Numbered from the stretch's first letter, positions 10,436 to 20,776 are shown. The stretch is 64,000 nucleotides of DNA from Candidatus Bathyarchaeia archaeon (GCA_038882955.1 JAVZNC010000003.1:32001-96000), one strand, 5' to 3'. Numbers and translations are program-made. The notes: a model not told the origin generated them from the letters alone.

Positions 10436-11683
10436 CTAACCCACCACCTGATAACCACGCAGACTCCATAACTCAAGCTTCGCTTGGTATGCAATATTGC
10501 CAACTATCACTTGGCGAATGTCAGTGGCAACCCATTCCTTTCCAGAAGAGTCCTCGCCGAAAACAATGGGAAAGGACATTGCACTTAAACCCCAAGGCAT
10601 CAGAACAGCACCATATTCATTATTGCTTTGGTATGTAACTATCAAAATCCCCGGGTTGTAAGTTGGGATTGTGATGTTAGCCCATTGTTTATCGGTTCCT
10701 TGCCCATAGACAACTTTGCCAAGTTTTCCAACAGAGTCCTCCATGTACATCTCACGTAACTTAAAATCGTCGGTTAAGAGCACGAAAGTTGCGTTGAAGA
10801 AGACGGAAGATTCTGGTGGACCATAATCATGTACGTTGTAGCTGTGTACGAGCAAAACGCGTCTATCCTCGAAACTATCGATTAGAGGAAGTACATATTC
10901 TTTGTAGCCACTTCTCCGCTGATAGTAGCCCGTTCCCACAAGTCCGCTTATGTGCGCGTAAGCAATAAATGCGTAGGCATTATCCGCAGCAACATTCTGA
11001 AAACTTACTACTGCCACACCTGCAGCATTTGTGCGGGTGGTTCCAAACGAGCTTGTGTAGGATGGATTTTTTTGACCACCTTTGTCATTGACCTTTAAGA
11101 AGCAGTAGCTTACCTCTGCATTCGCGAGCGGAAAGCCAGCGCCCATAACTTTAACATTTAGGGTTAAGGGGCTTGAAGCTCTGGTTTCTTCAATTGAAAC
11201 TGTTACAATCGGTTGTACTGAGAGCTTAAATCCAAACGTGCCATTTATTCCAAGTAATCGCGAAGCTGTAGAATAATTAATTGCTATAGTGTAAGGTACA
11301 AAAAGAAAGTTACCAAACCCCGTGCTCAAGTTGCTATACGTCACTCCTGTTCTCGGGTAAGTGAACGGAGTTCCAGTCAATGATTGTAGTCTCATGAGTG
11401 AAAATGGGCTTAGCTTATACTGTGAAAACATGGGAGACTGCCTAACTAGCGGATCTTGTAAACCAAACCCGTATGGCGTGCAGTTGCTCGTCCCCCAGTA
11501 ATCCGGAATGCCTGGGCTTAGCATCATGTTATCTAATAGGTCACTGCATTTTGTCGCCAAATACCTATGCTGCTGATATAAAACCGCTGTTTGAATTGTC
11601 TGATTGAATAGACTTATGAAGAGCAGTATGGCGCCTAGGAAAACCATGGCGGAAACCAGATGATCTATTGTTGAGCCCGTCAT
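10436..11683 (-). CDS. Pilin-like accessory protein
   Basis: N-terminal STIDHLVSAMVFLGAILLF helix and an SPGIPDYW motif; in the pilus operon. Confidence 0.7.
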   Translation of the reverse strand: MTGSTIDHLVSAMVFLGAILLFISLFNQTIQTAVLYQQHRYLATKCSDLLDNMMLSPGIPDYWGTSNCTPYGFGLQDPLVRQSPMFSQYKLSPFSLMRLQSLTGTPFTYPRTGVTYSNLSTGFGNFLFVPYTIAINYSTASRLLGINGTFGFKLSVQPIVTVSIEETRASSPLTLNVKVMGAGFPLANAEVSYCFLKVNDKGGQKNPSYTSSFGTTRTNAAGVAVVSFQNVAADNAYAFIAYAHISGLVGTGYYQRRSGYKEYVLPLIDSFEDRRVLLVHSYNVHDYGPPESSVFFNATFVLLTDDFKLREMYMEDSVGKLGKVVYGQGTDKQWANITIPTYNPGILIVTYQSNNEYGAVLMPWGLSAMSFPIVFGEDSSGKEWVATDIRQVIVGNIAYQAKLELWSLRGYQVVG

Positions 11684-11699
11684 GGTTATCTCATCTCCA

Positions 11700-12191
11700 T
11701 CAACTCGTAAAAGAAAACCGTATCAAAGCGTCTATCCCGCTTCCAATTTTTTCAGCTCTTATTCCAGCGTTCAGCGAATTGCTTACGAAAGTGGAGTTTT
11801 GCCACTCAGCATTCTGTCCCAGAATAACAGCTGTGCGTGCGGTAATCCCAAAATTCTGCAGAGTTAACGTTATCTCCAAGATTTTGCTAGAGTTTAAGGC
11901 TGGATCCAACGTTGTTCTTAATGTTACGTTTCCGGTGTATGGAAAATTATCTATTAATGGTGGAACAGGCGACTTCAACGTGGCCGTTCCAGCCAGTATT
12001 TCCTCCTCGTTTAGGGTGAAGTACAACTGCTGTATTGCGCTTCCCAAGTGGCTTGCTGCGTCCTGAAGCGCAAGAGTTCTACGATTATCCGTCCACATGC
12101 CCATCATCCAGTTTGTAGCCAAGGGGAATAGGAAAATCTGCAAGATCAAAACTGGAACCATGATGACATATTCTATTGCTATATGCGCCAT
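11700..12191 (-). CDS. Small pilin-like (TadE-like) protein
   Basis: MAHIAIEYVIMVPVLILQIFLF N-terminus (IEY followed by a hydrophobic helix); GGGGTGA RBS. Confidence 0.7.
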   Translation of the reverse strand: MAHIAIEYVIMVPVLILQIFLFPLATNWMMGMWTDNRRTLALQDAASHLGSAIQQLYFTLNEEEILAGTATLKSPVPPLIDNFPYTGNVTLRTTLDPALNSSKILEITLTLQNFGITARTAVILGQNAEWQNSTFVSNSLNAGIRAEKIGSGIDALIRFSFTS

Positions 12192-12204
12192 ACAACAGTC
12201 ACCC

Positions 12205-13065
12205 CTAACCGTGCAAACCTAAATGCACAAGCACCTCCCCAAGGTAAACCTCAACAACAGACCCGTCCCGAACATCATAAACCATGGAATTCCCTTCAAA
12301 GTTGAAAAAGTCAGATGTAAAACCCAAGCCAGCATTTGAAAAAGTGACATTAACCCTAACGGTGTCAACGTTCATCTCAGCAATTCTGTAAACGTTCTGC
12401 CCGGTAATCGTTACAGACTGAGAAAAATGTGGACTTTGCCCAACCTTCAAAATCGGGAGATAAATTTTAACATAACTGGTTGTTTTTGGACCCATGGTTA
12501 CCGTTGAGTTTAAAACTCTCATTATTGGCACAGCAACTATTCTTATATAATGTCCATCGGGCATGGGCAATTTTTCAACTGTGAAAACGCGGCTGACTGG
12601 TGCCGATGTCCCTTCTAAGAGAAAGGAGTTATTCTCTGATGGAAATATCAGCTTGAAATAGTTGTTGCTTATTGAATATTTACTTGTGGGCATGTTGAAA
12701 AGTATCATGCCCGTAGAATTAGCTGTTAAAAGCTTCCACGTTGAACCCACCTTCGCTTCTATGGTATATGTAAGTGCAACATCAAATTTCAAGAAACCGT
12801 ACCTGCTCGCGTAGCGAAGCGTTTGCGTTCGTCCAATAGTCCATGCAACATCATCCACTTGAAGACCAACTGTTTGCATGAACTGCTCCATGGCGTTAAA
12901 ATCGTTTTCGGCAAGCCTAGCCTCAAGGAAATTATTTGCAAAAACCGTTGTAACAAGAAGCAAAACTATAATGACGCCTGTCAATATCACCGTTGAAATG
13001 GCTGGGCTAACCGCTCTCTTGTCTCCCACCATTCTGGAATCGAGCGGAATTCGATTTTTCTCCAT
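12205..13065 (-). CDS. Minor pilin with class III signal peptide
   Basis: DKRA|VSPAISTVILTGVIIVLLLV. Confidence 0.8.
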   Translation of the reverse strand: MEKNRIPLDSRMVGDKRAVSPAISTVILTGVIIVLLLVTTVFANNFLEARLAENDFNAMEQFMQTVGLQVDDVAWTIGRTQTLRYASRYGFLKFDVALTYTIEAKVGSTWKLLTANSTGMILFNMPTSKYSISNNYFKLIFPSENNSFLLEGTSAPVSRVFTVEKLPMPDGHYIRIVAVPIMRVLNSTVTMGPKTTSYVKIYLPILKVGQSPHFSQSVTITGQNVYRIAEMNVDTVRVNVTFSNAGLGFTSDFFNFEGNSMVYDVRDGSVVEVYLGEVLVHLGLHG

Positions 13066-13073
13066 TTCTCCCC

Positions 13074-14792
13074 CTATCCAAATTTTATAAACATAGGCAC
13101 AAACTGCGCAGCCAAAGCAGCTACGACAGCGAGAATTGCTGCATGCTTGAATCCTGCAGCAATGGACTCCTCACTTATTTTACCTCCAACCAAACCTATC
13201 AAATAGCTATGGAAAATCGCGGAAGTGGTAAATAGAATTCTCATCTGGCTTAGGCTCGCACTCGCCTCCTCTTTCCTGCCGATTTCTGCTACGTTTATGG
13301 TGCCTGTCGTAAAGCCCAGCATAAGTGTTGTTGTTGCAACAAGCAAAATTGCAGAGAAGTATGGCATAAGTATGTATGGACGCACAGCCATCTTCTTCTC
13401 CTTCTCAACCTCCTGCGTCAGGTTGTTAAACCTAGCCAAAGACTCAATCATTGAAATTGTTCCACCGCCAACATCTATGGTCTCAACGAGCAAGTACATG
13501 ACTATCTGAGTCATCCAACTTCGCACACGCTTAACAAAGTCCATAATAACCTTTCTAACGGGCACGCCCCAAGAAAGCTCAGAACTTATCTTACGCAACT
13601 CTTTAGTAAACTCTCCGTAATCGCGTTTTGAAAGGCTCTCAATGCATTTTTCCGGCGACAAACCAGTCTTCCTAACCTCCGTCAAATCCCTCAAAAAGCT
13701 GTTAATGCCCTGTTCTATGCTAGATTTTTTTTGCGAGATCCTACTGTGCACAATTGCGGCTGGTGCTGTTGCCACGAATAGGGCTATGGCGACGGCTGTT
13801 GGTAACTCTATGATTGATTGGATTGGACTGAGGAACGGGATTTCCATGTATCCCATGAAGTTGGTCAATAGTAGGAATATTATGATGGCTATTACGCTGC
13901 AAACTCCGAAGACCTTGTATGGACGTGTTTCAACAACAGGTGTTTTAGGCTGCATTGTATGCGCTAAGTATATAAAAACAAATGAAAGCATAGGCGTAAA
14001 CAGGTATGTGTATAGAATCATTCCAGAACCCATGGACATTTCAGTTGAGTACATGGATTCTACGCTGAACAATATGTAGAAGCAGAGCGACATCAGAACC
14101 ATCACGATTATGAAAGTTTCCAGGAGCATTCCAAGCCTTTCAGCAGCCGCCTTAACGCGCATTGCTCTGGTCTTAAAAATGTCTTCAGCCTTTCTTTCAA
14201 GGAAATGTCCAATGTCTCCGCCTATAATCACTGTGGAGGCGTAGCCCGAAAGAAAATCTTTGAAGATGTCAAGTGGGTTTTTCTTGGCTGCATTTTCTAT
14301 AGCCGTTAATGGATCTATGCCGAAAATTTCCACATCTTTCATTATTTCTTTTGCTTCGCTTCTCATAGCGGGCATGAGTTCAACTTCGGCAAGTCGCTTA
14401 AAACTCGTGTATGGGGCTATGCCGCCGGAAGCCATAACGCTGATATACGCGGCTGCAAAGGGCATTTCTCTTTCAAGGTTTGCCGCTCGGTCACTTGCCT
14501 TTGACATTGGTATTAGGATGAATCCTATCATTATGTAGAATGGCATTGGAATTAGGAAAATCACCGGCAAGAAGCCGTAAAAGTACAGTATTATAAGGGA
14601 GGCTATTGAAACAGGGATTGTCAAGATTGCTAGGAAAAACATCATTGAAACGTATGTTTCTGGGTAAATCTTGATTCTAGCCCTTTCTAAATAGTCTTTA
14701 AACTCGAAGACGTTTTTCAGAAAGGATGGGGCTATCCTCCCGAACATTCGGAAGGACCATGCTTCAAGGGTTCTCAGAAGTTGCAATTGCAT
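13074..14792 (-). CDS. Type IV pilus membrane platform protein (T2SSF / TadC-PilC-ArlJ family, two repeats)
   Basis: LEREMPFAAAYISVMASGG and FLRDLTEVRKTGLS T2SSF repeats with many TM helices. Probable start is ATG 14792 (the ORF-track start 14870 gives a long overlap). Confidence 0.9.
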   Translation of the reverse strand: MQLQLLRTLEAWSFRMFGRIAPSFLKNVFEFKDYLERARIKIYPETYVSMMFFLAILTIPVSIASLIILYFYGFLPVIFLIPMPFYIMIGFILIPMSKASDRAANLEREMPFAAAYISVMASGGIAPYTSFKRLAEVELMPAMRSEAKEIMKDVEIFGIDPLTAIENAAKKNPLDIFKDFLSGYASTVIIGGDIGHFLERKAEDIFKTRAMRVKAAAERLGMLLETFIIVMVLMSLCFYILFSVESMYSTEMSMGSGMILYTYLFTPMLSFVFIYLAHTMQPKTPVVETRPYKVFGVCSVIAIIIFLLLTNFMGYMEIPFLSPIQSIIELPTAVAIALFVATAPAAIVHSRISQKKSSIEQGINSFLRDLTEVRKTGLSPEKCIESLSKRDYGEFTKELRKISSELSWGVPVRKVIMDFVKRVRSWMTQIVMYLLVETIDVGGGTISMIESLARFNNLTQEVEKEKKMAVRPYILMPYFSAILLVATTTLMLGFTTGTINVAEIGRKEEASASLSQMRILFTTSAIFHSYLIGLVGGKISEESIAAGFKHAAILAVVAALAAQFVPMFIKFG

Positions 14793-16392
14793 GCACCTCT
14801 TCTCCAGCAACAACCTTCTCGTAGAACTGTTTCGGTCTCGCGTAGTACTCCGCAATGATTGCGGCAACATCCTTGTAGCTTCTTATGCTGCGTTCTCTCA
14901 TCCAACGCAACACGTCTTTGCGTCTATTTATTTCCTCAATAATTTCCTTCTTTGTTAAGCCCGTTTTATCCGAGATTGTGGAGAGCATTATGCTTTTGTC
15001 GAATGCTGGCAAATGACTGTCTTTTACTGGATGCCATTTGAAGACGCATTTGTAATCGTTGTAGTCTGCGATTTCATTAACGTTTATAACGCGTCTGTAC
15101 GCTTTCTTTTCTGCGCCCTTGATTAGGTGGACACGTTGAATTGACAGAACAATGTTCATTAGAGGTATGTATGCCGGCGAAATGTCCATTGGTTTTTGTG
15201 TTAAACGCTTTATCGCCGAGTCAAGGTTTTCAGCGTGCATTGTGCACATGCCGCCGTGTCCAGTAGCTAACGCTTGGAAAAGCACGTAGGCTTCTTGTCC
15301 CCTAACCTCTCCAACTACGAGTATGTCGGGTCTATGTCTCATCGACGTCTTAACAAGGTCGAAAAGCGTAACTTCGCCTACGGTGCTTCCGCCTAGTCCA
15401 TAACTCTGTCTGGCAATCAGTGAAACCCAGTTTTCATGCGGCAAGTTAAGCTCAGCGGTTTCCTCTATGGTGATTATTTTGCTTCCAGGCTTAATCAGGC
15501 ATGCCAAAGCATTAAGTGCTGTTGTTTTTCCAGCGGCTGTTCCGCCCAAAACCATTATTGAGGACCTGTGTTCCAAGCATAGCCAGAAGTAGGCAGCCAT
15601 CTCCTCCGAGAACGTGCCCAGATTTATTAGGTCTATTATCGAGTATGGGTCTTCCCTGAACTTTCTGATTGTGAATGCTGTTCCGAAGGGCGTGACTTCG
15701 CGCCTGTAACACACTGCGAGCCTATGTTTGCCTGGCAGCGAGGCGTCAACTACGGGGAAGGCTGAGCTTACGTGCTTTCCAGCCATGTGGACGAGTTTTA
15801 CGACCATGTTGTCCAGTTCTTCGTCGTTTTCAAACTCAACGTTTGTTTCTATGCTTTCGTAGTTTCTGTGCCAAACATAAACTGGCTTGTTAACACCGTC
15901 GCATGAGATATCCTCGATGTTTGGGTCTCGCATGAACGGGTCTATTCTGCCGAAGCCTACAAGGTCCCTTTCAGCGTGGTACAGAATCTTGTACCATGAG
16001 ACGTCTGGAAGCCAGCCCAAGCTTATGCGGTACTTGTCAACAATTTTTTTTGCTTCTTCCGCGAAGAACCTTCTTGGGTCAACAATTTCCTCTTTTGGAG
16101 ATTCGATTTCGGCTAGGAGAATCTCCAATATGCGGTTGTAGACGCTTCTTTCAAGCGGGTCCAATTGCAACTCGTCTAGAATGTACTTGTACTCTCCAGT
16201 TTTTGGGTTCTGTACAATCGCGGTGTGGGCGAACGGTTCATAAAGCGGATATTTCTCGACAACTTTGAACCCTCGTGGGACTGGTTTTGGTGGAGGTGGT
16301 GGCACTACTACTTGTGCGCGCTTCTTGAAGGCGAATTTTATTCGTACTTTCTTTAGTTTTGTTAGGGTTCCTTTGAGTTGTAGTTTCGGCAT
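14764..16392 (-). CDS. Type IV pilus assembly ATPase (PilB/TadA/ArlI family)
   Basis: Walker A GGTAAGKTT, ITIEETAEL Asp box, MRHRPDILVVGEVRG Walker B, TGHGGMCTMHA His box. Confidence 0.93.
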   Translation of the reverse strand: MPKLQLKGTLTKLKKVRIKFAFKKRAQVVVPPPPPKPVPRGFKVVEKYPLYEPFAHTAIVQNPKTGEYKYILDELQLDPLERSVYNRILEILLAEIESPKEEIVDPRRFFAEEAKKIVDKYRISLGWLPDVSWYKILYHAERDLVGFGRIDPFMRDPNIEDISCDGVNKPVYVWHRNYESIETNVEFENDEELDNMVVKLVHMAGKHVSSAFPVVDASLPGKHRLAVCYRREVTPFGTAFTIRKFREDPYSIIDLINLGTFSEEMAAYFWLCLEHRSSIMVLGGTAAGKTTALNALACLIKPGSKIITIEETAELNLPHENWVSLIARQSYGLGGSTVGEVTLFDLVKTSMRHRPDILVVGEVRGQEAYVLFQALATGHGGMCTMHAENLDSAIKRLTQKPMDISPAYIPLMNIVLSIQRVHLIKGAEKKAYRRVINVNEIADYNDYKCVFKWHPVKDSHLPAFDKSIMLSTISDKTGLTKKEIIEEINRRKDVLRWMRERSIRSYKDVAAIIAEYYARPKQFYEKVVAGEEVHAIATSENP

Positions 16393-16465
16393 CGACTTTT
16401 CTCCTATTCAGTATTTGATATATGTACGGTCTATTAAATATTACGTCTTGCTAAACATGACTATT

Positions 16466-18898
16466 CTAACTTTCCTCTTCTTCCTCCGCAACTGAAACCT
16501 CAATAACCTTCAGCTTAATCAGAACCACAATGATTACAATGACAACCACTGGAATAATAATCAAAAGCCAAGTCGTCCAAGGCCATCCTTCCGCCTTCGC
16601 TGGAACAACCAAAATTATCTTTTCACTAGATGCACTTACATAACCAGCTTTAGAAACGCTCGCGGTTATCAGCACTTGTAATTCCGCTGTTGCTTGTGGA
16701 GCGGTGAAATTAAAGGTGCATGTGCCATCTGAACCAGTTAGGTTTGTAGATGAAACAAAGGCGCCAGCACTTGCTTGCATTGAGACATAAGCGCCATTAA
16801 CAAAGGATGAGTCCTCATTGCATCTAACAATCACCGTGATAAGCGCGCTCTTTTCAGATTCAACAGTTGGCGTTATTATTTCTATGTTAAACGTGTAAGG
16901 ATTAACTGTTATGGTTGCTTGGCTTTGTCCAGTGTTGTATCCGGCTTTTGTAGCGTTTGCAGTAATTGTAACATTTATTTGTTCATTAACGATGGGTGCT
17001 GTAAAGTTAAGACCCACTTCACCGTTTATGTCTGTTATGCCATACGTTGATGAGAGGTTTCCATCCGATGTTTCCAATGATACATATGCCCCTTCAACTG
17101 GACTCATGTCATATTCCATTACACGCACCGTTAGACCTAGTTGTACTCCAGAGAAGGTCTGCGAGGATTCTGGAATTATCTGAACCGCAAGTGTTCCAGG
17201 TTCCACAATTCCCGTTGCTTGCCAAACCTCAATATACTCATAATCTGAACCGTCCGCGTAATTCACTCCGTTTGTGGATGCAACAGCCAAGATTCGGATA
17301 TAGTCTTTTTCGAGATCGCCTATGAATGGAGCAGTAAAAGTCGTGTTGAAATAGCCCGCTTCGTCCGTTTGTCCAGTTGAAATGTTGAATTCCCCTCCAC
17401 CTAAAGAATACAAAGTTACAGTTGCACCTGCCACTGGAGCTGCTCCGTCTGTCACATAAACTGTTACGTTAACATTTCCTCTTTCAACAGTTGTTAAATT
17501 GCTCAATTCAAGATTGACATTTAATGGTTGAAGCGTATTTCTTACATAAATTGCAGCAGTTGTAGCTGAACTTACTGCTCCATAATCATCCACAACCCGA
17601 AGGCTCACACTGTAATTGCCTAGAGAAGCGTAATTATGGGTGAAAACTGATAGTGTTGTCCAGCCGCTGTTGCTGCCATCTCCAAAATCAACATAGTATC
17701 GAAAGACATATCCGTCCTCATCATACGAGTTCGTCGCATAGAACATGACAACGGAGTTTTGCTGAACCCAATTTTTGTCTACAAGCAGATTTGCAGTTGG
17801 AGGCGTGTTTATTTGGCTGATGGGTTTTGTTAGGTATGGTATAAAGTCGATGTCTGCACCGTTTCCGCCGACTCTATCGCCTTTTCCATATGGATTAAGT
17901 GACTCATGGTTTGGTCCGGTTGGGTCTCCCCAATAGTTGTGTTCTGCGCTGACGTTAGTGGGGTATTCAACACTTGTCTCAATGTCCATTCCGACCTCAT
18001 TGCCATATATGTCATTGTACTCTGCGATGTGGATTCCATTAGTGTATAGTGCGCCTACTTTGTTGTATGAAATTGAATTCCTGGTCAGGTATGTGCTAAC
18101 TGAAGTTGAGATGTAGAATCCTACATTGTTTGAGGAGATAGTGTTGTTAAAAATATTTATGTTTGTGTGGTTTTCTGCTTCAATTAACAGTCCATTTTGG
18201 GCGCTCGCTGAGATGATGCTTCTTGTGATGTTAACGTTTGAGACGCTCATTCCAGTTAATAGTATTCCATTGGCATTTCCAAGTAAAGTAGCATTTGCTA
18301 CTGTAACTTGTCCATCTCCTGTTACATTCATCCCATTTTTGACACAGTAACTAACAATTACGTTTTGAATGTTCAAAATGCCGTTTACTGCAGTCACACC
18401 ATTTTCCGCGTAAATTATGGAAGAATCTTGGATATTCACGTTGCCATTCTCTACCACTACAGCGTCCTTGCCATACGAAACTAAACAGTTCTTTAACGTG
18501 GATTTTTCAGCACCGTTAAAAACTATCGAATCCCAGTCGCCTACATCTTTCTGCTCCTTATTTGAAGTGAAGGCTATGGGTCTTTCAAATGTGCCAACAG
18601 CGCTTAACTTTCCAGAAACATTTAACGAAAATGGTCCACCAAACTTAACTTCAACGCCAGGCTCAATAGTCAATGTGACGCCCGGATATACAGTGACGTT
18701 GTTTGCAATTATGATTGGACTGTCCAGAAGGGTCCAGAGAGTATCCTTTGTTATGGGACCTTCCACGTAAGTGCCGTCTGCTTTACCATGTAAAATCATA
18801 AAGTTAACGTTAATTACGCTGAAAATGATTATTAGTAAAGTGGCTAAAGTTCTAATTTTGTTCTTCATGTTAAACGCACCCATCACTGTTGATTTCAC
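16466..18898 (-). CDS. Cell-surface protein: parallel beta-helix + PKD + Ig-like (Big) domains, C-terminal TM anchor
   Basis: Signal peptide, NosD-like repeats ending NYWGDPTGP, PKD domain (VDFGDG..THNYASLGNYSVSLRVVDDYG), Ig-like repeats, C-terminal TM helix and acidic tail. Confidence 0.82.
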   Translation of the reverse strand: MKSTVMGAFNMKNKIRTLATLLIIIFSVINVNFMILHGKADGTYVEGPITKDTLWTLLDSPIIIANNVTVYPGVTLTIEPGVEVKFGGPFSLNVSGKLSAVGTFERPIAFTSNKEQKDVGDWDSIVFNGAEKSTLKNCLVSYGKDAVVVENGNVNIQDSSIIYAENGVTAVNGILNIQNVIVSYCVKNGMNVTGDGQVTVANATLLGNANGILLTGMSVSNVNITRSIISASAQNGLLIEAENHTNINIFNNTISSNNVGFYISTSVSTYLTRNSISYNKVGALYTNGIHIAEYNDIYGNEVGMDIETSVEYPTNVSAEHNYWGDPTGPNHESLNPYGKGDRVGGNGADIDFIPYLTKPISQINTPPTANLLVDKNWVQQNSVVMFYATNSYDEDGYVFRYYVDFGDGSNSGWTTLSVFTHNYASLGNYSVSLRVVDDYGAVSSATTAAIYVRNTLQPLNVNLELSNLTTVERGNVNVTVYVTDGAAPVAGATVTLYSLGGGEFNISTGQTDEAGYFNTTFTAPFIGDLEKDYIRILAVASTNGVNYADGSDYEYIEVWQATGIVEPGTLAVQIIPESSQTFSGVQLGLTVRVMEYDMSPVEGAYVSLETSDGNLSSTYGITDINGEVGLNFTAPIVNEQINVTITANATKAGYNTGQSQATITVNPYTFNIEIITPTVESEKSALITVIVRCNEDSSFVNGAYVSMQASAGAFVSSTNLTGSDGTCTFNFTAPQATAELQVLITASVSKAGYVSASSEKIILVVPAKAEGWPWTTWLLIIIPVVVIVIIVVLIKLKVIEVSVAEEEEES

Positions 18899-19023
18899 AG
18901 TATCCTCTGGTCCGTATCAGCTTAAACGTTATGAATTTGGAATAAAACTTCAGAATTCATGCGCCTAATCATGACAAAAGCTTAGTAAACGAGGAAGAAA
19001 TTTAACAAAGAGCATATGCAAAC

Positions 19024-19818
19024 ATGAAATGCGGAGGAAACTGTTTGAAATATTTCGCAGCCTTTGCACTTGAAGACTTTCCAATGGTAAACCCAGGAGA
19101 CAACATAGCAGAACTAATCTTCAAAACAGCGCAGAAAAACGGCCTAAAAATTGATGATGGCGATGTGATAGTTATCGCACAGAAAATTTTCTCGAAAGCA
19201 GAAAACCGTGTTATCACACTTAAAAATGTTCTCCCATCCGAAAGGGCCTTTAAAATTGCGAAGAAAACTGGCAAAAGCCCGAAGTTCGTTGAACTTGTTT
19301 TGGGAGAAACTGAAAATGTTCTGAAAGCAACCCGTGAAATTCTACTTGTAAAGGACAAGCGCGGGCTGATATGCATAAACGCTGGAATAGACAAATCAAA
19401 CGTTGAAGGAAGGGGCAAATTTGCCCTCCTTCCAGAAAACCCAGACATTTCTGCTGAAAAATGCCGCATGGAAATCAAAAAGTTGACGGAAAAAAATGTT
19501 GCAGTAATAGTATGTGATACGTACAGCCGTCCATTTAGGCGCGGTCAAGTTAACTTCGCTATAGGCTTTGCTGGAATAAAACCGTTTAAAGATTACAGGG
19601 GAAAGAAAGACCTTTTCGGCCAGACCTTAAAGGTGAAAAATGTTGCAGTCGTAGATGAGATTGCTGCAGCTGCTGAACTTCTTATGGGTCAAGCCAAAGA
19701 GGCAAGACCAGTCGTAATATTCAAGGGGCTAAAGGATTTTGTCGAGTTTTCTGAAAACTGCAGTATAAGAGAACTCCAAATTTCAAGCGAGGAAGACTTG
19801 TTTAAAGGAGCTTTATAA
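19024..19818 (+). CDS. cofE: Coenzyme F420-0:L-glutamate ligase
   Basis: GDVIVIAQKIFSKAE, CINAGIDKSN, DTYSRPFRRG and DEIAAAAELLMGQ motifs. Confidence 0.88.
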   Translation: MKCGGNCLKYFAAFALEDFPMVNPGDNIAELIFKTAQKNGLKIDDGDVIVIAQKIFSKAENRVITLKNVLPSERAFKIAKKTGKSPKFVELVLGETENVLKATREILLVKDKRGLICINAGIDKSNVEGRGKFALLPENPDISAEKCRMEIKKLTEKNVAVIVCDTYSRPFRRGQVNFAIGFAGIKPFKDYRGKKDLFGQTLKVKNVAVVDEIAAAAELLMGQAKEARPVVIFKGLKDFVEFSENCSIRELQISSEEDLFKGAL

Positions 19819-19819
19819 A

Positions 19820-20467
19820 TCAAAATCGTTGAATGAAAGGGTTTGCGCGCTTTTCATCGCCTATAGTCGTTGCAGGTCCGTGCCCAGGATAAACTACAAA
19901 GTCGTCTGGTAAAATAGCCAACTTCTCCAAAGACCCCTTCATTTCCTGTTCAGAGCCCTCTGGAAAATCAGTTCTCCCAATAGAACCCATAAACAGCGTA
20001 TCGCCCGTGAAGATTTCCCTTTCTCCAAGAAGCGATACGCTTCCGTGACTATGTCCTGGAGTGTGCATAACCCTTAAAACAACCTTTCCGAAACTCAGCA
20101 CGTCTCCATCTGATAGAAGCTTGTCGGCTGGTGGAGAAGATTTTTCGAAACCTAAAAAGTCAGCAATTCTTCTGCCAACTTCACCGAGCATGTGAGCGTC
20201 AAGTTTGTGGATCAATATTGGCACTTTAAACCTCTCCTTAACGATTCCGTTTCCGCACGTATGATCTGGATGTCCATGCGTGTTTACAATCAGTTTCAGG
20301 TTTAGGTCATTTGCCGTTATTGACCCTAAAACCTCTTCTGCTTCTGCGCTGTTGTCGAATCCAGGGTCAACAATTATGGCATCGTTTGTTTGTTCGCATG
20401 TCACCACGTAGCAGTTCGTGTAGAATTTGCCGACAACAAATGTATGTATTTTCATGGTTGTCAACAA
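19820..20467 (-). CDS. MBL-fold metallo-hydrolase (glyoxalase II-like)
   Basis: THGHPDH, HTPGHS, FTGDTLF and YPGHG motifs. Confidence 0.9.
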   Translation of the reverse strand: MLTTMKIHTFVVGKFYTNCYVVTCEQTNDAIIVDPGFDNSAEAEEVLGSITANDLNLKLIVNTHGHPDHTCGNGIVKERFKVPILIHKLDAHMLGEVGRRIADFLGFEKSSPPADKLLSDGDVLSFGKVVLRVMHTPGHSHGSVSLLGEREIFTGDTLFMGSIGRTDFPEGSEQEMKGSLEKLAILPDDFVVYPGHGPATTIGDEKRANPFIQRF

Positions 20468-20539
20468 TCTACTATCTTATAGATAAGGATACTCTTGCAC
20501 GTTTACGCTGTTACGGTAACATAAAATAGATAAGTTTCA

Positions 20540-20776
20540 TTGATAATAATATTTTTGGAGATTGAGGAGTTGAGGCTTCAAGAAATTGAGAATGCGTTAA
20601 GCCGCTTCAAAGTCTGTCCAAAATGTAAGGCCATTCAAGGATTCTGGCTTGGAGTGAAATCTGATAAGGCTTATGTACAATGCAAGGGATGTGGAGCACA
20701 ATTTGAAATTTCAGAAGTTTACATGTTAGGCGAGAAAAGCGGAACGCAGAAAAGGTTCGACTTTTTGAAAAAGTAG
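20540..20776 (+). CDS. Small zinc-ribbon protein
   Basis: CPKC...CKGC; the true start may be slightly downstream. Confidence 0.65.
   Translation: MIIIFLEIEELRLQEIENALSRFKVCPKCKAIQGFWLGVKSDKAYVQCKGCGAQFEISEVYMLGEKSGTQKRFDFLKK

Noticed and set aside
13074-16392. Archaellum (ArlI/ArlJ) interpretation
   Set aside because: No archaellin-type proteins and no ArlF/G/H or chemotaxis genes in the locus; the content fits a pilus.
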